Assembly: GCA_038087875.1 (NCBI GenBank)
Contig: CM075990.1
Coordinates: 17,796,001-17,860,000, forward strand
Length of the DNA: 64,000 bases
Direction: 5' to 3'
DNA from: Malacoraja senta
Lineage: Eukaryota
Shown: positions 49,095 to 62,698 of the stretch, in pieces
Layout: each line of letters opens with the position of its first letter
Numbering within the stretch: position 1 is the stretch's first letter
Notes under the pieces: model-generated
What the model was told of the DNA's origin: nothing
Databases searched by the model: none
What the model saw: the letters and a program-made list of their open reading frames with translations, nothing else
Made by a program: the position numbers and the translations under genes

Positions 49095-50416
49095 GGAAAT
49101 GGGTCAACATAATTTATTCCATGTTAAAATGTACAGCATCCTTTGAAGTGACTGGCTAGGATAACCGATAAATACAAGTGCGTCTCACTTGTCTGCGTCC
49201 TATTTTTATACATGTATCCAGCTTTTTCCTCTCAGTCATTACAGTCACCATGTACAAGTACAAAGGCTACAAAAAGCAATATAAACAGACACAAATACCT
49301 TTGCTTTTTACATGCGTTTTGGAAGCGTATGTTGGTCTATTCATACACTACAGATCTAAGATTTGTTTTAAAATAGAACTTCAATATTCTCTAGAGATAG
49401 AAAAATCTACTGATGGAATGCCAATGGATAGTTGAAGATGTTCATCATTAGACCAACATATCTCTGAACAGTTACTCAGACAATGGGTTTGTCGCTGATC
49501 GATACTATTAGTGAAAAAGCTTTGTTTTATCTGAAGCTGACATGTACAAGTATTCAGATATGTTGTTAACAGAATTTATGTGTTCATTTGTCAAACAGAA
49601 TACTTTGCAATCATTTAAAAAACAGAAAGCTGCCTCACTGAAGGAAAGAAATTAGGTATAAAAAATGTTTCAATTATACACTAAACATTTTTGCAAGTAA
49701 CTTCTTCAAAACTGCCAAATGAACTCAAGGTTTAGCTTTTACATTTTTTACAGTCTCAGAATTAACAAAAATATAGTTTTCATTTTACTTCAAAGCTAGT
49801 AAAACCTAATAAAGGCGAAAAATAACAAATGGCTTGCTGTTAAACACAACACATTCCTGTTTTACGAAAGGACACACTGTCACAAACAAATTTTTCCAAT
49901 GATTTTCTGTTGCATGCTGAATAATGTCATCAGCTTCACAAAAATCAACTATACTTGTACTGTATACCAGAAGTCTAAAGAACAAGGATTTCCTATCTTC
50001 AGCTCCATGTGTAGTTAAGTTGTCTCCTACTTGGGCTTGTTTCTTCTTCACGTATGACTGGCTGAACTCTCTACAAAGGTAAACAGGCACATTGAACGTG
50101 TCTGATAATGGTGTACGCTTCCGTTTCCATTCTTCTTTTGAAGATGTAGTCTGTCCGAGCCAAACACAAAGGAAAAATACGAATATGCAGAGATGAAAAC
50201 AATTCCCACCCAACTAGACAAAAAATAAATAAGGCTTCTGTCTGTGACTAGAGTGAACACAAAGTGCCATTAATAATTTCTTCAAAATTACTTCAGCATG
50301 ACAATTCAGCTGAACAGCTGGTCTTTAGAGTCCACCATCTTCCACCCAGTTATTTGTATTTTCGGTTTGCTTCCAGCTATGCAGATCTTCCTTTTGTGAT
50401 CTTACCTTGGCCAAAT
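49095..50416 (-). other. KAT6B: Probable KAT6B 3' UTR
   Basis: U-rich stretch with no recognisable repeats after the stop codon, with AATAAA on the minus strand at 49113-49118. Confidence 0.6.
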
Positions 50417-52812
50417 CTACCTCCTCATATAGGAGCCGTTCAACGGCTGTTTAGTCATGCCAGTGTTCATGTGAGTGTAGTGAGCTGGCCCTGTGTACAT
50501 CACGTTGCCATGTGGCACATTTTGCATGGATTGTTGGCTGTATGGCTGACTTCCCATCATGCTCATTTGCATCTGCATGGGGTACTGTGTGGTTTGATTC
50601 ATGTAGGCTGGATTCCCATGATAGCCACTGTTCATCATGGACTGAGTCATCCTGTATCCATTCATCGCGTTCAACGCGTTCATGTTCATGGAGTTGACGT
50701 TGTATGGTGGTGCTGACATTAGGCCCATGTTGACACTACGCTGCATGCTCAGAGATCGTGCTGCTGGCTGCATGGCCACAGCTGATGTGGCCCGGCTGTA
50801 GATCTGTTGCTGGTGGGCAGCGGCAGGTGGGATGGGCACTGACTTGGAGCGAATGGCAACGTGGCCTTTTGTTGACATTTGTGTTGGCAATCTTTGGGTA
50901 TGAGGGATTCCAATGTTTGGGCCGCCCATGGTGCGCTGTAGAAGCGGTGATGCCAGATTCATTGGTGGCGGGGTGAGATTAGGTGGGGGAGTCATTGTAG
51001 GTTGTGCTTGTGCTCCCCCAGATAAGGAATGAGGTGACTGCGGAATCTGCACAAGGCCGGAGTGTGGGGTGGACAGGGAGACACTAGTTGCATAGGAAGT
51101 AACAGCAGCTGAATGGTTATAAGGCAACGGATGGTCCATGATAGTATTGGTGAGCTGCTGTAGTTTGGCCAGGCTGAAGTTAGCAGATGGCTGTGGATAG
51201 GCCCCGGTTCCAAAATCACCCTGGCCCATTCTTTCATAGATGCTGATGGCTGAGCTGCCAGTTTCTGCAACGTCTGCCATTTGTATCGCTTGTGTGAAGC
51301 TGGTGGGCATGCCACATTGTGACAGTTGCTGCTGTTGATTGCTACTTGGAGATCTCTCAATTATACAATTCTGCGGAGATTTAACAGTGCAGGTTGGTGG
51401 AGAATTGATAGTATTTTGCTGCAACAAACTACAACTGCCATTGATGTTAGTCATCTGCTGAGTGACTGCACAACTATTCTGAGTAAGGCTACTGGAAGAT
51501 ATGTTACTGTACGAGCAGCTATTCTGTGTTGTGTTGTTGCCACAAATGCTGTTTCCCATGGATGAGTCATAGCTGCTTGGATTCTCGTAGTTTTCAGTTG
51601 TGCTCTCAATGCTGCCCAGGTCACTGAAGCCACTGTCCACAACTTGTTGCGAATGGTCAGACACTGAGGGGACATCCATTATTGGACTGGTTTCTATGTT
51701 TTGTAAAGGTGGTGCAGAAATACTACTCTGATCAGGGCTGATCTGATTATAACTATTCTCCATGGGAGGCACACTAGGGCTGTTTACAGAACAAACTGAC
51801 TGGCTAGGATTGGAATGAGCAGATGAAAGAGGACTGTTGTGATCTGACTGCTGGCTGTCATCCACTGTGGTTACTTGTGGACTCTGCTCCGTATGAGAGT
51901 AGGTCTGCAGATTCCTACAGGCCTCCATAGTCTCGGCACAGTCTTGGTATGTATTTACTTGCTCACCATTTTCCTGTGTTAATGATTGAACAGCTTGCAC
52001 CGTCTCCGTGTCAGGTTCTGCATTTATATTTTCTTCTCGAAATTCTGGGGACTGCTTTCCATTATCCTTGTAATCCTGGTTGTTGGTGTGATCTTCATCT
52101 GAATCTGGTGTGTGTTCTGAGATAGCTTCATGATTATTGTTCTGATCATCAGAATCCGAAAGAGTTTCAACATTTCGATCTATCTTATCTTTCTGCTCGG
52201 TTTCATTGCTTGGAACATTTAACTCGAGGAACGGCTCCTGGTTCGGTGCTTCTTCCTCTGGAGTGTCTTTCACTGCTCCAGCACACTCCATGTGACTGTC
52301 ATCTTCATCATCTGCATCATGATCCTCATTCCGATTAGCCTCCTCCTCCTCGTCATCTTCCTCTTGTTCAAGATTATGTGCTTCATCTTCAGGAACCCCA
52401 CCAGCAAACTCATGTTCTTTTTCAGCCGTTTCATCCAGAGGTTCCTGCTCCTGACTTGACGAGCAGGTAGACTTTGCTGGGGATTCTGGCTTTTGCTCAT
52501 GTTCGAGTTCATCTTCCTCTGTTATTGAAGAGGCTTTGTCAGCAGGTTTCTCAGCAACAGCGTTCTGTTCAGGGACCATGGGATTCTCCTCTGCGGTGCC
52601 ATGTTGCTCTGGCACCTGGGGAGTTTCTGGTGGTGTGTACAGGTTGAGTTTAAAGCCAGCTTTACTCTCAGCTTTACGTCTCCATTTAGCCGGACCTCGC
52701 TTCACTCCTTTTGGCCAGCCTTTTTTGCGTTTCACAACTCTTGCTAAAGGCTCAGAATCAACAGAGTTTTCCTCAGTGTTCTCTTTTGAAGAGATATCAG
52801 TATTTGCTTTAT
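50417..52812 (-). CDS. KAT6B: KAT6B (MORF, MYST histone acetyltransferase) last exon: acidic and Ser/Met-rich activation domains
   Basis: [53 protein letters not shown] and the C-terminus LNGSYMRR*. Acceptor cccag| at 52812, phase 1. Synteny with DUSP29 favours KAT6B over KAT6A. Confidence 0.96.
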
Positions 52813-53229
52813 CTGGGCAAGAAAAAAAGAAACTTGTTTTAAGTGCTCACTGCTACCCAGTTGAATAACATCGGCGATTAGAATATCTACAGTTCATGTT
52901 AGTGTATCGTTAAATAAAACATAACTTGTAGAGATAACAAGAATGATCTTTGCTGTATCACAGGTTTCTGCTCAAATAAATGCAAATCTTAATTGATATG
53001 TTATGCTTCACACAGAATTTCTTTTTGAAATGTCATTTGCATAGAAGTAGATAAGCAAATTGACTTACTGGAGGAAGGGTTTAACGAAACGCTCATTAAA
53101 TTAAACTCCCACTGAAGCTAAATGAGGATCATTAATTAAGGTTGAATCAAACCAAGTCAGGAGTCCCCATTTCATATTTAAATAACACCACTGATTAAAG
53201 CACAATCTAGGAGGTTAGTGAGACAGCAC

Positions 53230-53715
53230 CTGGAAACTGTGGGCATTTTTGGTCGCCTAACTATAGGAAAGATGTGATTAACTTGGAGAGGATTTAGAAA
53301 ATGATCCACAAGGATGTTTCCAAGGCTGAAGGGTTTCAGTTATGGCTGAGTCTCTCTTCCCTGGAGCACAAATGGTGATTCTACAGAGGTTAATAAAATC
53401 ATGAGGGTGTAGATAAGCTGGATGCTCACAATTGTTTTTTTTTAGAATAGGGAAGTCTAAAACTAGAGGGCATGGATTTAAAATGTGAGGGGAAATATTT
53501 AAAGGGAACCTAAGGGGTAGGTTTTTCCAGAGGGTGGTGCGGATATGGAACGAGCTGCCAGAGGAAGTGGTAGAGGTAAATATAAATCACATTTAAAATA
53601 CATTGCTTTAGCTTCATGGATAGGAAAGGTTTAGAGGGATATGGGCCAAATGCAGGCAAATGAGACTACCTAAGATGGAGCATCTTGGCCAGCATGGAAA
53701 AGTTCAGTTGGACCA
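53230..53715 (+). mobile_element. CR1 LINE 3' fragment
   Basis: Typical CR1 3' region (GGAACGAGCTGCCAGAGGAAGTGGTAGAGG...GAGGGATATGGGCCAAATGC). Confidence 0.78.
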
Positions 53716-54179
53716 AAAGGAAATAACACTCCCAGAGATTTGTCAGTATTCATTCTTGCATTATCACAGATTTGTGATATAGTGTCAGGTAATACTTCTC
53801 CAAGTTGTACATTGTGCCAATTCGACCATCTTTTATTATTTGAGGGCTGACAAATACTTTAATAGCATCCAAAAATATCATCCAGAAGGGGCCCCTCATT
53901 TGCACCAATTTCTCCAAGCAAGGAATGAACAAAATAATATACAGTGATCTCATCTAAATTACATGTAAACCCAGAAGTTGATTACTGATGATATTTCAAG
54001 TATTTATTGAGAGTATGCCTCTGTATCTCTTGTTAAGTTTAAGCTACCAAAATTATAATTTGGAAAATATGCAAATGTCTATTTTGTCCTCTGGCTCTCG
54101 GTCTGTTTTGTGGCCGGAGAGGCCATCGGTAAAGTCAGTGAAGCAAGGGTTTACTGGATCAAATATTTCAAACTGAACA

Positions 54180-54370
54180 TGTAGGGGAGAACTGCAGATG
54201 CTGGTTTAAATCGAAGGTAGACACAAAATGCTGGAGTAACTCAGTGGGACCCACAGTATTTCCGGAGAGAAGGAATGGGATCAAGAGGGTCTCAACCCGA
54301 AACATCACCCATTCCTTCTCTCCAGAGATGCTGGCTGTCCCGCTTGGTTACTCCAGCGTTGTGTCTACTG
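54180..54370. mobile_element. Penelope-derived short palindromic repeat
   Basis: Imperfect inverted arms at 54217-54279 and 54308-54368. Related single arms occur at ~9815-9900, 12445-12590, 21090-21200, 27860-27900 and 45908-45990. Confidence 0.65.
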
Positions 54371-54502
54371 GAATCTGAATGCAGCTTGTGAGGGAATCAG
54401 GTGAAAAGGTCACATTCCACTACATCTTGGTGTTCTGCATGTGGTCCACTCTGCACTAGATCTCTAAAAGTACCAATGCAAAGGCAAGGCTGCCAGGAGA
54501 TA

Positions 54503-56099
54503 CAGTGCCCTCCATAATGTTTGGGACAAAGACCCATCATTTAATTATTTGCCTCTGTACTCCACAATTTGAGATTTGTAATAGAAAACATCACATGTGG
54601 TTAAAGTGCACATTGTCAGATTTTAATAAAGGCCATTTTTATACATTATGGTTTCACCATGTAGAAATTACAGCAGTGTTTATACATTGCCCTCCCATTT
54701 CAGAGCACCATAATGTTTGGGACACAGCAATGTCATGTAAATGAAAGTAGTCATGGTTAGTAGTAATAAGTAGTAATTTGTTGCATATCCTTTGCATGCA
54801 ATGACTGCTTGAAGTCTGCACTTCATGGACATCACCAGTTGCTGGGTGTCTTCTCCAGTGATGCTCTGCCAGGCCTGTATTGCAGCCATCTTTAGCTTAT
54901 GCTTGTTTTGGGGACTAGTCCCCTTCAGTTTTCTCTTCAGCATATAAAATGCATGCTCAATTCGGTTCAGATTGGGTGATTGACTTGGCCACTGAAGAAT
55001 TGACAATTTTTTAACTTTGAAAAACTCCTTTTGAGGCATTTGTTTGAACTTGAGCAGATAGGATGTGTCTATATACTTCAGAATTCATTATGCTACTATC
55101 ATCAGCAGTTATATCATCAATAAAGATAAGTGGTCCAGTACCTTCAGCAGCCATACATGCCCAGGCCATAACGCCCCCACCACTGTGTTTCACAGATGAG
55201 GTGGTATGCTTTGGATCTTGGGCAGTTCCTTCTCTCCTCCATACTTTGCTCTTGCCATCACTCTGATATAATTTAATCTTTCTATCATCTGTCCACAAGA
55301 CCTTTTTCCAGAACTGTGGTTGCTCTTTTAAGTACTTCTTGGCAAACTGTAACCTGGCCATCCTATTTTTGTGGCTAACCAGTGGTTTGCAGCTTGCAAT
55401 GTAGCCTCTGTATTTCTGTTCATGAAGTCTTCTGCAGACAGTGGTCATTGATAATCCACACCTGACTCCTGAAGAGTGTTTCTGATCTGTCAGACAGGTG
55501 TTTGGGTATTTTTCTTTACAATGGAGAGAATTCTTCTGTCATCAGCTGTGGAGGTCTTCCTTGGCCCGCCTGTCCCTTTGTGATTAGTAAGCTCACCAGT
55601 GCTCTCTTTCTTCTTAATGATGTTCCAAACAGTTGATTTTAGTAAGCCTAAGGTTTGGCTGATGTCTCTAACAGTTTTATTCTTGTTTCTCAGTCTCATA
55701 ATGGCTTCTTTGACTTTCATTGGCACAACTTTGGTCCTCATGTTGATAAACAGCAATAAAAGTTTCCAAGGGTGATGGAAAGACTGGAGGAAAGACTAGG
55801 TGCTGAGAGCTCTCTTATACCTGCATTAAGGAGGCAATTTAACACACCTGAGCAATTACAAGCACCTGTGAAGCCATGTGTCCCAAACATATGGTGCCCG
55901 GAAATTGGGGGACTATGTATAAACACAGCTGTAATTTCTACATGGTGAAACCAAAATGTATAAAAATGGCCTTTAATAAAATCTGACAATGTGCACTTTA
56001 ACCACATGTGATTTTTTCTATTACAAATCTCAAATTGTGGAGTACAGGGGCAAATAAATAAATGATGGGCCTTTGTCCAAAACATTATGGAGGGCACTG
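54503..56099 (-). mobile_element. Full-length Tc1-family DNA transposon (second family) with inactivated transposase
   Basis: TA duplication on both sides and ~220-bp TIRs starting CAGTGCCCTCCATAATGTTT. Transposase from ATG 55741 has a stop at 55490, a frameshifting deletion near 55030 (DNDPKH motif absent), and VLWTD and WPSQSP motifs. Confidence 0.95.
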
Positions 56100-57382
56100 T
56101 AGATCAAAGAAAGAATATCCAGTGAAAGAACAGTTATTGCATTCAAGATTAATTCTATAAAAAATACCTTTGAGAAATAAATTATCTTTATAAAATAAAG
56201 CACCTGTCTGCACTGTATTTTACTATGATCTAGGCCGGTTTTATTGGCCTTTACAAAAATCCTTTAAAAAATGAACTACTCTTGTTTACAATTCAGTCAT
56301 AAATGCAGTTCTACATTATTGGTGCAGTACACACTTTCAAACATCTCCAGATTGTTCACACAATGTACATGATCATACATTTATACGTGTTAGTACAATG
56401 TACAATGTCAGAACTTTAATACCAACAGCACACTGTCCACTGTCATACTTCTATATTTTATGATTACAGTGAACACTGCAATTCAGTTCCATATTGTCAG
56501 TATAATATACACTGTCCACGTTAAAAAGAGCAGAGATGAACCTAACAGTGGTGTAACGATGGTAACTCTGGAGGACTAACTCTGTTCAATTGGTGGTCTT
56601 GGTGAAGATGCAATGATGTTAGTGATAATAGTAAAGGTTTGCTGGAATTACTAGGGTTTGTAAATGTCCAGATAAACGGGCTGATGCAAGCACCTTTTGC
56701 ATGTTTCATGCCTTCATTACCCATATCCTATTTCACACGGAACACAGTGATATAATTCAGACAATGTATTGAGTCATACTCTAATCAGAGCTCAGTGAGA
56801 TTTTAGATTTTTCTGTACATTCAGAAAGTATCAAAAAACGTATTGTCAAAGAACAGTTTCTACCAAACTGCTGAGTGTTTCGGGTGATATTTATGGAAAT
56901 AGAAAGGGATGTGTTATATCCAAAGGTTGCTTTTATTTTGCAACAGATGGAAATGGCAGAATACTTTTGCTGGTGAGGCAGGGTTGGTTCCAGATGAATG
57001 TATGGAGATATGCATAAAGATTGCCTCAAACAGAGCCAAACGCTGCATTTAGTTGCTTCCTGATTTAGGATTAGTCTAAATGTTGTTATGTGGAATTCGA
57101 AACAGAACTGCTTAGTGACAGCGGCTAAATACCAAGCTCAAATACGAGGCTTCACACAGGTCAAGAACTGAGATGGAATGTTAGATGGCCCTGTAAAGTT
57201 CACATCACATTGGGGATACTTTGCTTTCCTAAGGTCCACAGTGGCGGTCACGGACTGACCTTCCACTCCAGGTCCTCACTGCAACAGCTATTCACAGCTT
57301 TTTAATCTTGGGTTTAAAGTCTTTATATTTATTATCCAAAAATTGAGAATTAATTTAACAGTTAGTCATAATAGTTTTGTAC

Positions 57383-57692
57383 CTGTATGCTGTTCTTTCT
57401 CAGGAGTTTCATCTGCACTTTTGCAGAAATCTTCTTCTTCATGTGACTGATTCTTCTTTTTTAAGTCCAAGCTGTCACAGCGATGCCTCAAGAAATTATT
57501 GTCTTCTTCATCACAATCATAATCCTCCTCTTCCTCACAAGTAGGTTCCAAGCAAGGCATTTGACCCTCATCATCAGAGTTCTCAAAGGCTTCATGAAGT
57601 ACCTCAGTTGTTTCGGAAATGGTCTCAGTGGTAACGCTGCTGTTATGTCTCCGCCGTTTCCGTCCCCTCTTCTTTCTGTGTATGAGCAGCCT
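57383..57692 (-). CDS. KAT6B: KAT6B penultimate coding exon
   Basis: 310 nt, [32 protein letters not shown]...MPCLEPTCE. Acceptor tttcag| at phase 0 and donor |gtacaa at phase 1 both fit the neighbouring exons. Confidence 0.92.
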
Positions 57693-58449
57693 CTGAAACA
57701 TCCAAAGTTCTCCAACCATTATAATCACTTCACTCACTGCAGTTCCAACATTTGTAAACACATCAAATACCAATGGTGACATGTTATCTCTAGTCAGGTT
57801 TTGGATAGATTATTAATGAGACCAATTTAAAAACTCACATGCTTCTGCTGAGAACAGCCTGGGGCCTGCTGATGATTTGACTGGCCGTGTGTTAGGACAG
57901 GCTAACTACATGTTGTGCAAGAGTACTGGGAGTGGATTTCACCGTGGAGAAATAGACAATAGACAATAGGTGCAGGAGTAGGCCATTCGGCCCTTCGAGC
58001 CATTCAATGTGATCATGGCTGATCATCCCCAATAATAGACGGTCAATATGACCAATATGAGGTTACTAGGTCTGGGTCCAAGGATGATAATCAGTTATAG
58101 AGTTACTGACACATGTCCTGAGCCCCTTTGGCTCAGCATCAACCATCAGTTACCCTTTTACACTAAGCCCAATATATTCCCTCCTCATTCCCATCAACTC
58201 CCCACAGATTCTACCTCCTTCATGCACATTTGGGGCAATTTAAAGTGGCCAATGTACTTTTCAACCGATACAACCAGACCCCTAAGAGGAAACCCATGCG
58301 GTTACGGAGAGAACGTAAAAAACTCTACACAGAGAGCACTGGAGGTCAGGATTAAACCTGGTCGCAGCACAGTGTATTCATTGTTGAGGAGAAAGATAGA
58401 TTTGCGTAACCTATATATATATATAAATCCACATTTACACATCAATTAA

Positions 58450-59590
58450 AGTGCTTGAACAGATAGAAAATGCAATAAAAATGTCAATTGGAATTTGGGC
58501 TTTATGTCAACAGCGTTGGAATACAGAAAGAATGGGATTGGGTTTCATTTGTACCGAGCCCTGAACACAACACCTTGATTGATGTACAGTTTTGGATAGT
58601 GTGCTCTAAAAGGATAACACAAATAGATCAGAATGATTCTAGGAGGTTAAAGGGGTAAATACAATTTGTTTATATAATCTTTATGTGCCTTCTTCAGGAA
58701 TGAGTATTGGGGAAATGAACCAAAAGGTTACATATACCAAAACTATTGAAATTTAAGACAGAGAACAATAGATTTTTCTGAGATAAAGGCATTATAAAGT
58801 TGTTTGAAATAGCTTCATTGGCTCCTGAGTGTCCCTGACAATAGGGGGGGAATGGTGCCCGAGTGTTGGGGATTGTCATTTTGTCATTGAAGAAAACCAA
58901 ATTATCTTTTATTTTTGAGGAAGGTCCAGGCATCTTAATGACCTAACTCAGATTGATTCAGAGGAACCTTGGTGTTCTAGCACATGAATCACATGTTAGC
59001 AGGCAGGTCCCACAAGGAGGGAAACAGTATACTAGGCTTTATTGCAAAGGGCTGGGGTTGAGGAGGTCTTATTCCAGTCGTATAGCATGTTTGTGAGGCT
59101 ACACCTGGAATATTGTTCAAAGAAGATTCACCTGGCTAATTGTGGGATGTGATAGTTGTCCTATGAAGAGAGGTTGGACAGTTTGTGTTTTTATTCTTTG
59201 GAGTTTTGAAGTGGGGTGACCGTAGTTAACCACACATGTTTGTAAAGGTTTCAACACACCAGATGTCAAAATGTTTTCACAAGCAGTATAGTCACCATCA
59301 AGGGCCCATAGCTACAAAATGTTGGCCATTCATTTAAAACTGAAGTACAGTATACATACATTTTTTTCTCTAAGAGGGTAGTGGAACTTTGCCCCCGAAG
59401 GCTGTTGGCCGAATCATTAGATATATGTAACGTGGAGATGGATAAGTATTTGAAAGATTAAGGAATTGATGGTTATGGGGAATTGACACAAAAGAGTTAA
59501 GGCCAGCACAGACAGCCATGATATACTGAACAGTGAGACAAGCCTGAGTGATCTGGTAGTCTGCTCTCGCTCCTATTTTCTTGTGTTTTC
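58450..59590 (+). mobile_element. Old decayed CR1 fragments
   Basis: GTGAGGCTACACCTGGAATATTGT and CCTATGAAGAGAGGTTGGACAG remnants. Confidence 0.6.
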
Positions 59591-60189
59591 ATGTAAAAGC
59601 AACAAAGTACACCAGAGGGCACTATTGCATTGATATTAAGAGGATAAAATGCATTACATTGATTCTTCCAATATTTTTAGTAAATGAAATATAGAAAACA
59701 TTCAAATAAAAATCAGAGCAAGTATGTTCAGATGAATGGTTTCCCGTGTTTATTCAATAATAATACCTAATTTGTCACACTTTAGTTAATATCAGCACCA
59801 TTTTCATCGCAATGATTTAATTTAACTCCCAACTTCATTCCTTACCACTTGCTACATGTTATCATTACGAGTAATAGCTGTCATTAACAAATATTTCCTG
59901 AAAAAGCACATTTATTCTTCATTCTAAACAGATGCTTGTACAAAGCTAAAATGGTCTGGAAATTTGACACTAAAGTTTGAGTTTACACGTTTCAGTGCCT
60001 TTTTGGAGAGTTTATTCTTTTGTTACAAAAAGTTTCGGAAGCGGCATTGATGTGTCACAGTACTGTTGTTATATTGATAATGGAGTCATAATCATACAGC
60101 AATGGGAACAGGCCCTTCAGTCTTGCCCATCCTATCTACACGTCCCATATCCCTTTAAACCCATCCTATCCATGTACCAGCCCAAAAGT

Positions 60190-62698
60190 CTTTTCTTTCT
60201 TTTCTTTTAAAATCTTTTTATTAATTTTCAAAAAACAAAAAAAATAATGATAAACATAACAGCGATATTGATACATAGGGATCAGGATTACATTAACAAC
60301 AAGTGTAACCTAAGTATGAATCCAGTGTCAAAATACACATTGGGTATAATGGTTAAAAGAGAACGTATATATAAAAACAAAAAGAAAAAAAGAAAAAAAA
60401 GAGAAAAAAGAGAAAAACAAAACGCCCTAAACTAAAATAAGCAAAACAAAAAAACCCAACAGAATCTGGGTTGCAAAGAATTTCAACAATTTAGATCCAT
60501 CCCTGTTTGTCGCCAAATCCGTTCCAGCGTATATGGGTAAGAAAATTATTATAATGGTTGGAGAGGGAACAATTTATATCGGGTGAAAATATTGAATAAA
60601 GCTTCCCCAAGTCCTATCAAATTTAACCAAGGGTTCAACAATGAAACTTCTAATTTTTTCTAAATTTAAACATGATATCGTTTCAGAGTACCAATGAAGT
60701 GTGGTAGGAGGATTAGAGTCTTTCCATTTAAATAAAATAGATCTTCTGGCAATTAATGTAGTAAAAGCAATCAACCGATGGGCTGAACGGGACAGATGAA
60801 TAGAATTTAACATTGGTAGCCCAAAAATTGCAGTAATAGGATGAGGTTGTAAATCAATACCTAAAACTACAGAAATAGTATCAAAAATTTATTTCCAATA
60901 TTTTTCCAAAAGTGGGCAAGACCAAAACATGTGAGTCAACGAAGCCACTTCACAATTACATCTGTCACAGGTAGGATTTATATGACCATAAAAACGAGCG
61001 AACTTATCTTTTGACATATGAGCTCTGTGGACCACCTTGAATTGTATCAGAGCATGTCTTGCACACATTGAAGAGGTATTGACTAATTGAAGAATCCTCT
61101 CCCATTTCTCTATAGGTAAAGAAATTTGAAGTTCTCTTTCCCAATCATTGTTAATTTTATCAGATGCACCTACTTGTAATTTCAAAATCAACTCATAAAT
61201 AGTCATTATTAAACCTTTCTGATAAGGGCTCAAATTTTTTCCGAGATTTCGGTTTGATGTGATAATGGAAAATAGGGTAAAGCAGCCTTAAAAAAATGTC
61301 TAATTTGTAAATATCTAAAAAAATGTGAGAGGTAGATTATATTTATTGGAGAGTTGTTCAAAAGACATAAAACAACCGTCCAAAAACAAATCACGATAAA
61401 CTGCTAATCCCTTCCTCTTCCATAACAGAAAGGCTTCATCAGTGCTAGACGGTTGGAAGAAAAAATTAGATATGATAGGACTCGATAAAATAAAATCATT
61501 CAATCCAAAAAACCTACGAAATTGAAACCATATTCGCAATGTGTGTCTTATTATTGGGTTAATCGTATATTTATTCAATCTCGTAATTGTAAAAGGTAAC
61601 GAGGCCCCTAGGATAGAAGCCAATGATAACCCTTGCATAGAATCACGTTCAAGATTTATCCATCCTGGGCATTGGGTATCTTCTAAGTCTTTTGTCCAAA
61701 ACATTAAATAACGAGCATTAACTGCCCAATAATAAATTCTAAGGTTCGGCAATGCCAAACCACCGTCTTTTTTAAATTTCTCTAAGTATTTTTTACTTAG
61801 TCTGGGATTTTTATTCTGCCACATATATGAAAAGAATTTTGAGTCAATAATATTTAACAAAAGATTTAGAAATAAAAATAGGTATCATCTGAAATAAATA
61901 TAAAAATTTAGGTCGAATAAACATTTTAATAGCATTGATTCGGCCGATTAGGGATAAGGACATTGGTGACCATTTAGTAAGCTGTTGTCTGACATGGTCA
62001 ACTAAGGGCACAAAATTGGCTTTAAATAGGTCCTTGGGTTTCTTGGTGATCTTAATACCTAAATAAGTAAAACAGTCGGTAGTCAATCTAAATGGAAACT
62101 GCCCATAATTCACAATTTGATTGTTTAGTGGAAAAAGCTCACTCTTACTAAGATTTAATTTATAACCAGAAAAACGACTGAATTGGTTAAGTAAAGCTAA
62201 TATTGCAGGAATAGATTTCTCTGGATTAAAAATAAATAATAACAGATCATCTGCATAGCTTATATGTCTTATTCCCACGGACAATACCAAAAATATTGGG
62301 GGATTCCCTAAGAGCAGTGGCCAAAGGTTCCAAAGCAATATCAAACAATAAAGGGCTTAAAGGACAGCCCTGTCTAGTACCTCGAAAGAGCCGAAAGAAA
62401 GAGGATCTCTGATTATTGGTAAGTACAGAAGCCTGAGGTATATGATATATCAGCTTGATCCAAGAGATAAATTTTGGACCAATCTTAAATTTTTCAAGTG
62501 TATTGAATAAGTATTCCCATTCTAGCATCAAGTGAAATGACACATTCTGGAGTTTTATTTGAAGCAGTATATACAATATTCATTAATCTCCTAACGTTAA
62601 AGTATGAATAACGATTTTTAATAAAACCGGTCTGATCTTCAAAAATAATTTGCGGTAAAATGTTTTCCAATCTCATAGCTAATATTTTTGAAAGATCT
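60190..62698 (-). mobile_element. 5'-truncated L1/Tx1-clade LINE inserted into a CR1
   Basis: ORF2 pieces DQTGFIKNR, RGTRQGCPLSPLLF, YADD, GGLALPN and C-terminal CDRC..HMFWSC. AATAAA at 60222-60217 and an A-rich tail at 60190-60208. Confidence 0.92.

Noticed and set aside
49806..50213. 135-aa ORF with a signal-peptide-like start downstream of KAT6B
   Set aside because: It has a non-ATG start, lies in the U-rich 3' UTR and has no recognisable domain.
50417..52812. KAT6A instead of KAT6B
   Set aside because: Adjacency to DUSP29, DUSP13 and SAMD8, and the GSYMRR ending, favour KAT6B.
57675..57677. Alternative KAT6B acceptor (cacag|AAAG)
   Set aside because: It is phase 2 and incompatible with the phase-0 donor at 63786. 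The acceptor at 57692 keeps the frame.
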